A stretch of DNA of 62,890 nt, counting the filler. It is 3 parts of 3 records of this genome, joined end to end, with 100 filler letters (N's around TTAATTAATTAA, not from the genome) between each part and the next. Parts side by side here need not be neighbours in the genome. Positions count along the whole stretch, not along the records: positions 1 to 29,341 come from DRR378314_1080; positions 29,442 to 36,765 come from DRR378314_1084; positions 36,866 to 62,890 come from DRR378314_1088. The stretch is one strand, 5' to 3'. The notes beneath the pieces are model-generated. The model did not search any database. It saw only the letters and a list, made by a program, of their open reading frames with translations, and was not told the origin of the DNA. The translations under genes and the position numbers were made by a program. Position 1 is the first letter of the stretch. The number at the start of each line of letters is the position of its first letter. This document shows, one piece after another, positions 28,736 to 38,927 of the stretch.

Positions 28736-28764
28736 CTTGCGAGCCTGAACACCGCTCCTTATAT
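28736..28764 (+). promoter_or_regulatory. Sigma-32 (RpoH) heat-shock promoter of dnaK
   Basis: CTTG(28736-28739)-N18-CTTATAT(28758-28764) matches the alphaproteobacterial RpoH consensus CTTG-N17/18-CYTATNT. Confidence 0.7.
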
Positions 28765-28879
28765 ACCCACCGAACCGCTGAAGGCCTGTTGCTTTCAGTG
28801 TCAACAGATCGGGGCAAAGGTGCCATAACGGGCCTCATGCCTCGTGTCATCGCCTTAACGAAGAAAAGGGATCGAAAAC

Positions 28880-29341
28880 ATGGCCAAAGTAATTGGTATT
28901 GACCTTGGAACAACAAACAGCTGTATCGCCATTATGGACGGCAGCCAGCCTCGCGTGATCGAAAACGCCGAAGGCGCACGGACCACACCCTCTATCGTCG
29001 CCTTCACTGACGACGAACGTCTGGTGGGCCAGCCTGCAAAACGTCAGGCTGTCACAAACCCCGACAACACGATTTTCGGTGTGAAACGTCTGATCGGCCG
29101 TCGCAACGACGACGCGGATCTGGCAAAAGACAAAAAGAACCTCCCCTTCAATGTGATCGACGGCGGTAACGGCGACGCATGGGTAGAGGCACGTGGCGAA
29201 AAATATTCGCCTTCGCAAATCTCTGCGTTCATCTTGGGTAAGATGAAAGAAACGGCCGAGTCCTACCTGGGCGAGGATGTGACACAGGCGGTTATCACCG
29301 TTCCTGCCTATTTCAACGACGCCCAGCGTCAGGCCACCAAA
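28880..29341 (+). CDS. dnaK: Chaperone DnaK, 3'-truncated at the contig end
   Basis: [26 protein letters not shown] and [18 protein letters not shown]. Confidence 0.98.
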
Positions 29342-29441
29342 NNNNNNNNNNNNNNNNNNNNNNNNNNNNNNNNNNNNNNNNNNNNTTAATTAATTAANNN
29401 NNNNNNNNNNNNNNNNNNNNNNNNNNNNNNNNNNNNNNNNN
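29342..29441. other. Artificial contig-joining spacer
   Basis: N44-TTAATTAATTAA-N44 (stops in all six frames); genes are cut on both sides. Confidence 0.98.
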
Positions 29442-29625
29442 AATAACCGGCCGGGTCGAAAGTCAGCATTTCCTTACTGAAGGTGAAGTAGGGCTGCGCA
29501 TTGAATGACAGCGGTATGATCACCAATAGCGGCCCGATCAGGAATAGGAACACCAGGCCGCAGATAGCCAGAAAGATGTAATGCCAAATGCGCTCGCCAC
29601 GGGTGGCGTAGGAAGGAATAGCCAT
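29442..29625 (-). CDS. Polyamine-type ABC permease (PotC-like), truncated at the contig end
   Basis: FLFLIGPLLVIIPLSFN motif; follows the PotB-like permease. Confidence 0.85.
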
Positions 29626-29628
29626 CGT

Positions 29629-30882
29629 TTACCCCAGCTTGACCTTGTCGACGCCGATCAGACGATTGAATACCAAATAACAGATAATCACCACGAACAG
29701 CAGGATGGAGGCAATCGCAGCCGCCAGTCCCCAGTTGAGCGATGTCTGCATATGGTAGGCGATGTAATTAGTGATGAAGCGACCCGACTGCCCACCCACC
29801 AACGCCGGTGTGATGTAGTAGCCAATCGACAGTATGAATACCAAGATGCCACCAGCGGCGATGCCTGGAATCGTCAGCGGAAAATAGACTCGACGAAAAC
29901 TGAGAAACGGCTTGCCGCCCAACGAGCGCGCGGCGCGCATATAGCTGGGTGGAATGGTCTTCATCACCGAGTAAAGCGGTAGAATCATGAAAGGCAGCAG
30001 AATATGCGTCATGGCGATGATCGTGCCCATCTTGTTGTGGATCATCTGCCACCGCGCCTCATCGGCGATCACGCCAAGGGCCACCATCACGTCATTGAGC
30101 ACCCCCTGCGACTGCAGGATGGCAATCCAGGTAGTGGTGCGCACCAGCAGAGAGGTCCAGAACGGTAGCAGTACCAGGATCATCAGCAGATTGGAGTGAC
30201 GCGTCGGCAGGTTCGCCAGCAGAAAGGCCACCGGAAAACCGAGCGCTAGCGTCAGGCCCGTGATGACAGCGCTCATCCATAGCGTTCGCCAAAACAGGGT
30301 GGCGTGGATCTGCATATGTTCCGGCACTTTGGCGATCTCGCCGTCCGCGTTCAACTGACGGTCGACCGCTGCCAGATAATACGAAATGGTGTAGGGCGAC
30401 GCCTCACGCTGGATCAGCTTCCAGGTATCGAGTTCTCCCCAGGTATCGTTGACCTCGATCAGAGACTCGCGATACGGCGGTTCCAGCCTACCAACACGTC
30501 GCGCCGTGCGGCTAATGGTCGAACGCATGCCCGACTTTTCATAGTTCAGCCGGCTGGACAACAACCCCAGGTTGCGTTCCTGCTGTCCGACACGAAGGTC
30601 CTCAGCCAAGGCAGCAAAGGCGGCTTCATCTGGTAATGACTCCCCATTCCAGCCTTCCAGCGCTGAAACGGTTCGTGATAGATGGGTAGACACTTCAGGG
30701 TTATCGACACTGCGCCACAGCATTTCGAACAAGGGCATCAGAAAGGCGATAAACAGGAATGCCAGTAGCGGCGCAACCAGCAGCAGCGCCTTGATTTTCG
30801 AGCGTCGTACGGTGCGACGCAGGCTAACCTTGAGCGGCACGCCATCGGCCGTTGTCAGAGGAACTGCAAGCGGTTCGGACAC
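29629..30882 (-). CDS. Polyamine-type ABC permease (PotB-like, with a large periplasmic insert)
   Basis: LPFWTSLLVRT, HILLPFMILPLYSVM, AARSLG (EAA-like) and GYYITPALVGG. GTG start after a GGAGAG RBS. Confidence 0.9.
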   Translation of the reverse strand: MSEPLAVPLTTADGVPLKVSLRRTVRRSKIKALLLVAPLLAFLFIAFLMPLFEMLWRSVDNPEVSTHLSRTVSALEGWNGESLPDEAAFAALAEDLRVGQQERNLGLLSSRLNYEKSGMRSTISRTARRVGRLEPPYRESLIEVNDTWGELDTWKLIQREASPYTISYYLAAVDRQLNADGEIAKVPEHMQIHATLFWRTLWMSAVITGLTLALGFPVAFLLANLPTRHSNLLMILVLLPFWTSLLVRTTTWIAILQSQGVLNDVMVALGVIADEARWQMIHNKMGTIIAMTHILLPFMILPLYSVMKTIPPSYMRAARSLGGKPFLSFRRVYFPLTIPGIAAGGILVFILSIGYYITPALVGGQSGRFITNYIAYHMQTSLNWGLAAAIASILLFVVIICYLVFNRLIGVDKVKLG

Positions 30883-30935
30883 GTAGATCTCTCCGTCAGG
30901 CAAGAAAAGCGATCAGCAACGATCGGCTATCGGTA

Positions 30936-30967
30936 TGCCGCCGCCCGATTGTCGACGGACGGCGGCA
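30936..30967 (-). promoter_or_regulatory. GC-rich stem-loop after the substrate-binding protein gene
   Basis: TGCCGCCG...CGGCGGCA arms right after the SBP stop, a typical intercistronic mRNA-stabilising hairpin in ABC operons. Confidence 0.55.
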
Positions 30968-30972
30968 GCGCC

Positions 30973-32076
30973 TTACTGGGATAGCCAGGCGTTAAAGCGC
31001 TGGGTCAGCTCATCGTTGTAGTCAGCCCAAAACAGGTCATCTTTTTGCAGTGCCGTTGCGAAGTTCGGTTCGTGGGTTGGCATGTGCGGCGTCATATCGA
31101 TACCGGTTTCGGCATGGGTGGACACCAGCTCAGAGGAAGAAAGACGTGCCGGGCCATAGGAAATGTACTGAGCCTGATCGGCGAGTCGCTGGGTATCGGT
31201 GGCGAAATGGAGATAATCCTTCACCTTGTCGAGCTTGCCGGTGGGCACAACCCAGCCATCTAGCTCGAACACCTGCGCATCCCAAATGATCTCGAAGGGT
31301 TGGTCTTCAGTGATCATGGCATTGAAGATCCGACCATTGTAGGCGGAGGCAAAGGCGACTTCCTGATCGGCCAACAGCTGAGGCGGCTGGGCGCCCTCTT
31401 CCCACCAGATGACTTCATCCTTGATGGTATCCAGCTTGTCGAAGGCACGCTGCACGCCTTCTTCGGTCTCAAGCATGGCGTAGACCTCATCACGCTCGAC
31501 ACCATCGGCGATCAAGGCCCATTCCATATTGTTAATCGGCTTGCGCAACAGAGCCCGCTTGCCGGGGTAATTTTCCAGGTCGAAGACATCCTCGATGGTG
31601 CTGGGCTGAGCGTCCTCTGGGAACATCTCGCTATTGAAGGCGACAATATTGGAATAGACGATGGACGCCACAAAGCAGTCCCCCAAGCCCCCCTCGACGA
31701 AATCCTCACTTGGCGGCGTGCCATCCGGGGCGTCGGCCAGCAGCTCATCGTGGTCGAGAGGCTCGATAAGCCCTTCATCACAAGCGATCATGGCATCGGC
31801 GGGGAGCATGTCGACTAAATCCCAGGTCACGTTGCCAGCCTGAGATTGAGCACGCAGACCGGCTAAAGCGTTACCACTGCGGTCGATATTGACAATCTCG
31901 TCATCCGTCTTCTCTATCCACGGCTTATCGTAAGCCTCGTGCTGGCTCATGCTGTAAGCACCGCCCCAAGAAACAATATTCAGCGTCTGCTGAGCATGGG
32001 CACTGACCGCTACGGCAAGTGCCGACATCCCCACGGCAGCGATACTTGTCTTAACAACGCGATTGCTGATTTTCAT
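30973..32076 (-). CDS. ABC substrate-binding protein, PotD/PotF family
   Basis: Signal peptide, VSWGGAY, WDLVD, PGKRAL, QLLAD.EV and SAYNGR. Confidence 0.9.
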   Translation of the reverse strand: MKISNRVVKTSIAAVGMSALAVAVSAHAQQTLNIVSWGGAYSMSQHEAYDKPWIEKTDDEIVNIDRSGNALAGLRAQSQAGNVTWDLVDMLPADAMIACDEGLIEPLDHDELLADAPDGTPPSEDFVEGGLGDCFVASIVYSNIVAFNSEMFPEDAQPSTIEDVFDLENYPGKRALLRKPINNMEWALIADGVERDEVYAMLETEEGVQRAFDKLDTIKDEVIWWEEGAQPPQLLADQEVAFASAYNGRIFNAMITEDQPFEIIWDAQVFELDGWVVPTGKLDKVKDYLHFATDTQRLADQAQYISYGPARLSSSELVSTHAETGIDMTPHMPTHEPNFATALQKDDLFWADYNDELTQRFNAWLSQ

Positions 32077-32155
32077 AGAGATTCTCCGTTTGCTGTTGTC
32101 ATCGCCGCCGGCACCATCGGATACCGAGAAACGGCGCACTTGACTGCCGTCCGGC

Positions 32156-33298
32156 TCATGCATCCAACGCGCGGCAATCGGCACTCGACCAACCAACCTG
32201 AATTTGCTGGCCGGGGCGCATCACCCCACACCCTTGGGCATTGGGCGTTTTCAAAATAAAGTCCTCGTTACCGCACACCGACACCCGCGTGCGTAGATGG
32301 TCGCCAAGGTAGATAACCTCCTGCACCGTGGCAGTGAACTGGTTGTCGAACTGCGCGCCGTCGGTATCATCCGGCAGGATGCTGACCCGCTCGGGTCTCA
32401 GTGATAGCGTCGTACGCGAGCCTACGTCGCCCGCCGCCACCGTTTTGGCAATCACCATGTCGCCGCTATCCAGGCGCACCTTGCAGTCACTACCGAGGTG
32501 CTCGATAACGTCACCCACCAAGCGGTTGTTCTCGCCGATGAAGTACGCCACAAAGGCATTTTCCGGTCGTTCGTAGAGTTCGTCCGGAGAGGCCAACTGC
32601 TGCACAATGCCATCGTTGAAGACCGCAATCCGGTCAGACATGGTCAGTGCTTCGGTCTGGTCGTGGGTGACGTAAATCATGGTTACCCCAAGACGGGCGT
32701 GAATGCGCTTAATCTCGTACTGCATCTCTTCGCGAAGATTCTTGTCCAGCGCGCCCAGCGGTTCGTCCATCAGCACCAGATCAGGCTCAAAGACCAGCGC
32801 ACGAGCCAATGCCACCCGTTGCTGCTGGCCGCCAGAGAGCTGCGCCGGGCGGCGATCACCAAACTCTTCCAGGCGTACCATGGCCAGTGCTTTAGCCACT
32901 TTCTCCTTGATCTCCGCTTTGCTGAGATGGCGCACCTCAAGCGGGAAAGCAAGATTCTCGGCCACCGTCATGTGCGGGAATAACGCATAGTTCTGGAAGA
33001 CCATGCCAATGCCACGCTTGTGCGGCGGCAAGCCGCTAATTGGCTCGTCGTTTAGTAGAATCTCACCATGGGTGGGGGTTTCGAAGCCTGCCATCATCAT
33101 CAGACAGGTGGTCTTTCCAGAGCCCGAAGGGCCTAGCAGGGTGACGAATTCACCCTTGCGGATATCAAGATTGAAGTCCTTGACGACCAGCTCAACACCG
33201 TCATAACTCTTTTGGACATTGACGAAGCGGGCAAAACTCGACGGCACTTCTGCCGCTGCCGCCGTCGTCCCCCCAGCATCTGCAAGGGTCTCATTCAT
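32156..33298 (-). CDS. ABC ATPase, PotA-like with TOBE domain
   Basis: GPSGSGKT, VFQNYALFPHM, LSGGQQQRVALARA, LMDEPLGALD and VTHDQTEA. Confidence 0.93.
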   Translation of the reverse strand: MNETLADAGGTTAAAAEVPSSFARFVNVQKSYDGVELVVKDFNLDIRKGEFVTLLGPSGSGKTTCLMMMAGFETPTHGEILLNDEPISGLPPHKRGIGMVFQNYALFPHMTVAENLAFPLEVRHLSKAEIKEKVAKALAMVRLEEFGDRRPAQLSGGQQQRVALARALVFEPDLVLMDEPLGALDKNLREEMQYEIKRIHARLGVTMIYVTHDQTEALTMSDRIAVFNDGIVQQLASPDELYERPENAFVAYFIGENNRLVGDVIEHLGSDCKVRLDSGDMVIAKTVAAGDVGSRTTLSLRPERVSILPDDTDGAQFDNQFTATVQEVIYLGDHLRTRVSVCGNEDFILKTPNAQGCGVMRPGQQIQVGWSSADCRALDA

Positions 33299-33679
33299 GC
33301 ACATTCCCCGTTAAAAGCCCTGTTGCGCAAAGGTAAGTGCACGATTCAACACATACCTCCACACATCCCCGGGCCCCCTATTGGTTTATATTTTTTTCCT
33401 AATACTTATTAATGACCATAAGGCGAGTTTGTAGCGCATTACAATTTTCGGGGAGGACAATTAGCGTTGAATATCAACCTAACATAGGCATAGCAAAGTC
33501 AACTATGGGAGATATCTTTTGGCATCGAGACACAGCAATGCCCATGGAGGATTCCCCCATGGACAGGAGCGGCGCTATCGGTTAGGTCATATTCAAGCGG
33601 CAAGCGGCATACTTAAACGTACAATGGCATCGTTGCGTTCATCTTCGCACCATTCTTCGCACTATGTATTGCTTGCCTG

Positions 33680-34711
33680 TCAGTTTCTGTCCATCTGCAG
33701 CTCTTTTACGACAATATCACCATCAATCACGATGGGTTCATCATCAAGAAACAATGAGCAATTACGCATCGGGATATCCAAGTGGCAGGCGGTATCATTT
33801 GTGCCACCTAGCTCGCTGTTCGGGCCGGTGGAGAACATCACGTTGCCATAAAAGCTGCGCGGCTCCATCCCCATGCCACCCGGGAACTCCCCCGGCACCA
33901 TGCGGTGCCATTTGGCGTTCGGGTTCATGCCCCAGCCTACGTGGCTCATGCCCATGCCGCGCGGATCGTTAAAGCTATCCATATAGGATTTCACTAGCTC
34001 CGCATCGAGCCCACCACGTATGTCGGTAATCCAGCCCTTTTCAATGGTGTAGGTAATGGGCTCTCTGACATATATGTTCTGAGGTAGCAGAATATCGCCC
34101 GGCGCCACCACAATGGTGCCATCAACGCCATCGTCATCCCCTCCGGTAAACACAAAGCCAGAGGGCCAGTGATCCCAACGCCCCGGTTCGTCGGTACAGG
34201 CATATTCAGCAACCGTCTCATAAGTATTCAGTTGGTAGGTGACATCAGTGCCATGGCGCGAGGTGATGCGCATCACTTTGGCTTTTTCTAGCAGCGCGGC
34301 GGCCAGTTCAACCTTTTCCCTTAGTTCCTTGGTGGGCAACATTCTGGCCAGTAATTCTGGCGGTTCAACCGCCGTCAATATACGCGTACCCGCGGCTTGG
34401 ATCGCCATTTGCTCGGGAGAGAACAGCAGGAAAATACAATCGATCAACATGTCGCAGTTTTTCAGCGCTTCCACCGCATCGGGCATGCTAGCAAGCCCCG
34501 TTGTTCCCACGGCCCAGCCACCGGTAGGTAACGGCGCAGGTAACCGCATGTGGTACATATTGGCGCCTAAACGCTGTCCCGCCGCCATAAAGGCATCCGC
34601 ATAATCAAGGCGTTCGCTACCTTGAGTCAGCACGACGAGTTTTTCGCCTTCATGTACGCCGGACATTTTTAGCTGATGGAGGCAAATTTCGGCAAAGCTT
34701 GCGTGATCCAT
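33680..34711 (-). CDS. nicX: 2,5-dihydroxypyridine 5,6-dioxygenase (NicX/Hpo family, M29-peptidase-like fold)
   Basis: EPGRWDHWPSG, SHVGWG, GMEPRSFYGNVMFSTGPN.ELGG and CHLDIPMRNC (His/His/Asp iron ligands); AGGAG RBS. Confidence 0.85.
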   Translation of the reverse strand: MDHASFAEICLHQLKMSGVHEGEKLVVLTQGSERLDYADAFMAAGQRLGANMYHMRLPAPLPTGGWAVGTTGLASMPDAVEALKNCDMLIDCIFLLFSPEQMAIQAAGTRILTAVEPPELLARMLPTKELREKVELAAALLEKAKVMRITSRHGTDVTYQLNTYETVAEYACTDEPGRWDHWPSGFVFTGGDDDGVDGTIVVAPGDILLPQNIYVREPITYTIEKGWITDIRGGLDAELVKSYMDSFNDPRGMGMSHVGWGMNPNAKWHRMVPGEFPGGMGMEPRSFYGNVMFSTGPNSELGGTNDTACHLDIPMRNCSLFLDDEPIVIDGDIVVKELQMDRN

Positions 34712-34840
34712 ACATACTCCTAACTCCCCAGGCGAAAGCACAGCTATAGCATACCGGGGAGTGTTAGCTGAGAGCGCTCGTGCTCACCTTTGGGCACACC
34801 AAGCGCTCTGTGGTGTTATCGGTTCAAAGCTGAACGTCAA

Positions 34841-36349
34841 TTAGGCAGCCGCTTCTTTCGTCGCTTGATCGGTGGTAGTACGGCGCTTTTTACTCAGCTC
34901 TTCCGAGATAGCGGTAAAGAAGGCGTCCGAAGAGGCTTGATGAGGTTTGGTCATAAGGCTAACGCCAACAAACAGCACACTAGCGACCACAATTCCCCAA
35001 ACGCCAGCGGGTAGGCCCAACAGCGAATTGCCAGTGGCATACATCAACAGCACAAAGGCGCTGGTGCCCACTACGCTTACCAGTGCACCGACGCCAGTAC
35101 CGCGCTTCCAATAGAAGGCACCGATAAGTGCTGGCACCATCGCTACCAGACCCGAGGAAGCGGCCACCGACAGCACTGCAATCAGGTCAAGCTGCAGCTC
35201 GGCAAAGGCCAGCGCCATCAGTGCGATCACTGGCACCACGAACTTGCCCACCAGCAGTTGGCGCTTTTCACTGACGTTCGGTTTGACGTTGGCATAGACG
35301 TCGCGGGAAACCATAGAGGCCAAGGTCAGCATGATCGAATCGATAGTAGAGACCGCAGCCGCCATGATGCCGATCATCACGATCACCCCTAATACTGGCG
35401 GTACAAACTCCGAGGCCAGCAGCGTAGGCGTGGCTAAATCTGCACTTGCAAGACTTGGGAATGCGGCTAAAGCAGAGAAGCCCCAAAGCACAGAGACCAT
35501 GGTGTAGATAAAACCAAATACCAGGAAGCCAATCAGCATGTGGCGCATAGAGCGCAGCGAGGAAGGCATAAACAGGCGTTGACTGACCTGCGGGTTGGAA
35601 ATGCTAAAGAAGAACCAGGGAATAGTAAGCCCCAGGAAAGTGACAAAGCTGAACAAGCCAGGGCCGGGCACCGTCAGCGACTGTGGATGTTCCGTTGCCA
35701 GCGTATCGAATAGTGCGCCGAAACCACCCAAGCCCTGAATTACCAGGAAGGCCACTAGGGTTGAAGCGACAATCATCATGATGGCCTGGAGCGAGTCGGT
35801 CCACATCACCGAACGAATACCCGCGATATAGGAGAAGAAGATGGCAATGGCAGTGGCCAGCACCACCCCAGTCGTAAAGGTAATCGCGCCATCAGTAATA
35901 CCCTGCAATAGGTAACCGACACCTGCGAGCTGAACGGCTGAATAGGGAATCAGGAAGATGCAACTGGCAATCGAGACAGCCATGGCCACATGTTTGCTGT
36001 TGTAGCGATGGCCCAACATTTCGCTGGGGGTGACAAAGCCAAACTTCTTGCCCACCGCCCAGAATTTTGGCCCGAAGATAGCCACAAGCGATACACCGGC
36101 AAAATAGATGATTTCAAAACCGAGCGCTCCCACGCCGCCGGCATAGGTAAGACCTGCCAAGCCCACCATCATAAAAGCACTGTAGGTAGTGGCACTGTAA
36201 CTCAGCGCCGAGACAAAGCCGTTCATTTGTCGGTTACCCAGGAAGTATCCCGACATACTTTCGGAAGGGCCTTGGCGAGACATAATCGCAATGCCAATAG
36301 CGATCAATAAATAGATGGCAATCGACCACCAGATGAGTGACTCAGTCAT
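34841..36349 (-). CDS. Sodium:solute symporter (SSS) family transporter
   Basis: YFLGNR, ATTYSAFMMVGLAG, GIRSVMWTD, PQVSQR, AAAVSTIDS and about 13 TM segments. Confidence 0.92.
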   Translation of the reverse strand: MTESLIWWSIAIYLLIAIGIAIMSRQGPSESMSGYFLGNRQMNGFVSALSYSATTYSAFMMVGLAGLTYAGGVGALGFEIIYFAGVSLVAIFGPKFWAVGKKFGFVTPSEMLGHRYNSKHVAMAVSIASCIFLIPYSAVQLAGVGYLLQGITDGAITFTTGVVLATAIAIFFSYIAGIRSVMWTDSLQAIMMIVASTLVAFLVIQGLGGFGALFDTLATEHPQSLTVPGPGLFSFVTFLGLTIPWFFFSISNPQVSQRLFMPSSLRSMRHMLIGFLVFGFIYTMVSVLWGFSALAAFPSLASADLATPTLLASEFVPPVLGVIVMIGIMAAAVSTIDSIMLTLASMVSRDVYANVKPNVSEKRQLLVGKFVVPVIALMALAFAELQLDLIAVLSVAASSGLVAMVPALIGAFYWKRGTGVGALVSVVGTSAFVLLMYATGNSLLGLPAGVWGIVVASVLFVGVSLMTKPHQASSDAFFTAISEELSKKRRTTTDQATKEAAA

Positions 36350-36530
36350 TGCTGTGCTCCTCAAAATCTTTAGTGATAAACACATTCAGCGCAATGATGA
36401 TCAGCCCTGCCAACATCCAAAACAGGAAGCTGCCGTACCAGAACGCGACCCCGCTTAGGAGGGTGTAAGGCACTAGGTAGCTCAGCAGGACAACTGCCCA
36501 TACTAGCCATATCCATTTACTGCGTTTCAT
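36342..36530 (-). CDS. Small 2-TM membrane protein, probable SSS partner subunit
   Basis: 62 aa with two hydrophobic helices. Stop overlaps the SSS start; GAGGT RBS. Confidence 0.75.
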   Translation of the reverse strand: MKRSKWIWLVWAVVLLSYLVPYTLLSGVAFWYGSFLFWMLAGLIIIALNVFITKDFEEHSND

Positions 36531-36551
36531 AATCCACCTCGTTTTATTACG

Positions 36552-36765
36552 TCAGGGAGTAGAGTGAGTGTTGTTGTAGTGAGGCTGGCGTAACTCTGTG
36601 ATGCGTTGTTTTACTTGTTGCCAAGGTGCTTTCTCTGGAGCAAAGCGCGCTCGGAGATAGGTCGTCAAATCAGCGACCTGGGTATTACTAAAGCTGTCGG
36701 CAAAGCCTGGCATGCTGCCGATACCGGGGACGTGTTCGGCATGAACACCGCCCAAAATTGACTGA
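36552..36765 (-). CDS. C-terminal cytochrome c domain of a NicB-like molybdoenzyme subunit (5'-truncated)
   Basis: MPGFADSFSNTQVADLTTYLRARFAPEKAPW resembles the terminal cytochrome c domain (axial Met MPxF motif) of nicotinate dehydrogenase NicB; nicX lies downstream. Confidence 0.65.
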
Positions 36766-36865
36766 NNNNNNNNNNNNNNNNNNNNNNNNNNNNNNNNNNN
36801 NNNNNNNNNTTAATTAATTAANNNNNNNNNNNNNNNNNNNNNNNNNNNNNNNNNNNNNNNNNNNN
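36766..36865. other. Artificial contig-joining spacer
   Basis: N44-TTAATTAATTAA-N44. Confidence 0.98.
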
Positions 36866-38927
36866 ACGCCGCAACGGACGCGAGTGCTACGGGTGTCAGT
36901 TTCAGCGGCAACGATGCACTGCGGAGCTACATGCGGTTAACGTAGCGCCGCACGCAAGACGCGCGACAGCGATGCGAACCTCAGGAGCGACTGTGCGAGC
37001 TTGAGTGAACATGCCGCCACAAGTTCATCTTCTCGAAGAACAAGGAGTAGGATACAGACAACATCGTGAAATCCCTGCAAGTACGCGCAGAACGACACAG
37101 AGTGACACGAGGATGAAAACAAACAAACAAACACACACACACGAACCCCCTCAGAGCAAGAGGAAGCAGCGCGAGCAAGAAGGAAAACCAATTCCTTTTT
37201 CGGAGGAATATCCTACCACAGAAGCACAATGATCAACAAGTCTAGCGCTAAACACGTGTATGGTCGGAACGAACTCCCTCTGCGCGCGCCTACTCTCCTC
37301 GTTCTACTCACCTGGTAATAGTACAGTGAGGAGTCGCTCGAAAATACGTAATGCAGAATGCGCGAGAGGCGTTGTAGGTAAGAAGATACGCTGCAAAAAA
37401 AAAAAAAAAAAACACACGCGCACAAAACGCATCGAGAGAAACAAGTAAAGAAATGAAGAGCAAACAAAGGAATTCCTACGGTGAGTTCATTCTCTTTGCT
37501 AAATTACGCGAAACTTACTGAAGCATACATGCGGTGCTCGCATACGAGAACACAGCTACTACAGGAACAGCGTCAAGTGCTGCTTTCTCGATTCTCATTC
37601 GCTTTTCCGCGCATTCAGCACGATTACAGTTTCGCGCACTGTGTCTTTGGGTACGTGAAGCCCAGTTCGCCCGGTACTGAAGACTCGATGCGCTACACTG
37701 ATCGCGGTTCTATCCCGCCTGGCGACGGAGCGCATTATGCGCGCGATATATCAGGATGAGGAGCCAGCCGGCGTGTGGAAGATGCAAGAAGACAAAGCCG
37801 CGAACACGCCGCTGCGACACAGCAGAGTGTTGTATCGTGCACTTTGCGCCAGCACGAGAGATTAGCATTGCGGATACACGATCAATACTACGACTGCGTT
37901 TTGCATCAATACCATTTTATAAGAAGCCAGGTGTGTGTGTGTAGCGAACAAAAAGCACGCGTGCGCATGCTCACGCGCATACTCTCTCTCTCCCGCACCG
38001 ATTCTCCTGCAACTGTACCTCTTCTCCGCAACGATTCCCGAAGCGTGGAAGCGCCAAGCAGCGCGTTCAACATCGCGCTCAACCTGCTCGTACTCCCTGT
38101 GCTTTTCTGAAATTGCGCAACAAGAAGTACCGAGATACGAGCATCGCACATAAAGAATGCGCATACGAATTAGTGGCTATCAATCTTGAGACACAACAAA
38201 CGGGAGAATCCGTCGACTGCGCAAAGCGACATGTAGAAGACAGGTCGCAGTTGACCATCAGCGCAAAGGGTATCGTGTCCGCGAGAAGGCGACAATCAGC
38301 AGACAGTTTCATAAAAGTGCTCCCGCGCCGGCTGGCTCGTTTTTCCCGGTGTAGCCATCCGTAGTATCTTTTACGCGATGAGTGGTTTCTGGGCAGTATC
38401 GGCGGCTGGGGCGCGTACTTTGTTCCGGCAGGGCGAGCAGCTTGACCGTCTCCTGTGCGGAGCGCGCGTCGACACCGAGGAGCCGCGGCCACGCGACGCG
38501 CCGAACTCCAGACGACTCTAGGCCGGACAAAATTGCTATCTCTCGCACCGTATCAATAGCCTCCTGCTCCACATAACATACAGAGATACACGAAAAATCA
38601 CTTCATTAGTAGCGGGACTTGTCCGATCCACAGACATTCATGAAGGGACAGGGAAAGGCTTTGCAGGGACACGGCCTGGAGACAAGTTCCTCGCTTGAAA
38701 AGCTCCGCGTCCCTGGCTGCTGTGCAACAATGACTCACAAGACCTCTATATGCGAGTAAGAGGTTATCACAAGGACCTGTGCTCTCCATAAGAGACAGGA
38801 AAAAACAAAGCGGTACCTTTCCCGGCTGTAACAGCGCTAGCACTCGGTGGATTCGCTCGATGCGAGCGTGCCTGTCGCGGCGCAGCGCGACAGACTTGGT
38901 CGAGGAGCCCAGCGAGAATAGCGGCAT
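36866..38927 (-). CDS. Eukaryotic TBC1D20/Gyp8-like Rab GTPase-activating protein, spliced, 3' part missing
   Basis: Phase-consistent GT-AG exons 38927-38817, 38563-38419, 38106-38019, 37390-37312 and 37074-36980 give VREIAILSGLESSGVRRVAWPRLLGV, QVERDVERA (Arg finger) and LYYYQGFHDV (Gln finger). Confidence 0.85.

Noticed and set aside
29386..29397. TTAATTAATTAA as a piggyBac TTAA target, CtrA site or repeat
   Set aside because: It is centred in N runs and identical at both junctions, so it is a linker.
29442..33298. PotABCD-like ABC system as part of the nicotinate pathway
   Set aside because: It is separated from nicX by a ~380-nt AT-rich region that probably has its own promoter, and it looks like a generic polyamine/amine transporter. 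Nothing in the sequence links it to nic.
33305..33679. Sigma-54 promoter upstream of the potA-like gene
   Set aside because: The closest matches (TGCACT-N5-TTGC on the minus strand, TGGCAT on the plus strand) lack the correct GG-N10-GC signature in the right orientation.
29342..36865. Bacteria-to-eukaryote HGT, or an endosymbiont insertion, suggested by bacterial operons next to spliced genes
   Set aside because: The junctions are artificial N-spacers with six-frame stops and the genes are cut at them, so adjacency has no biological meaning.
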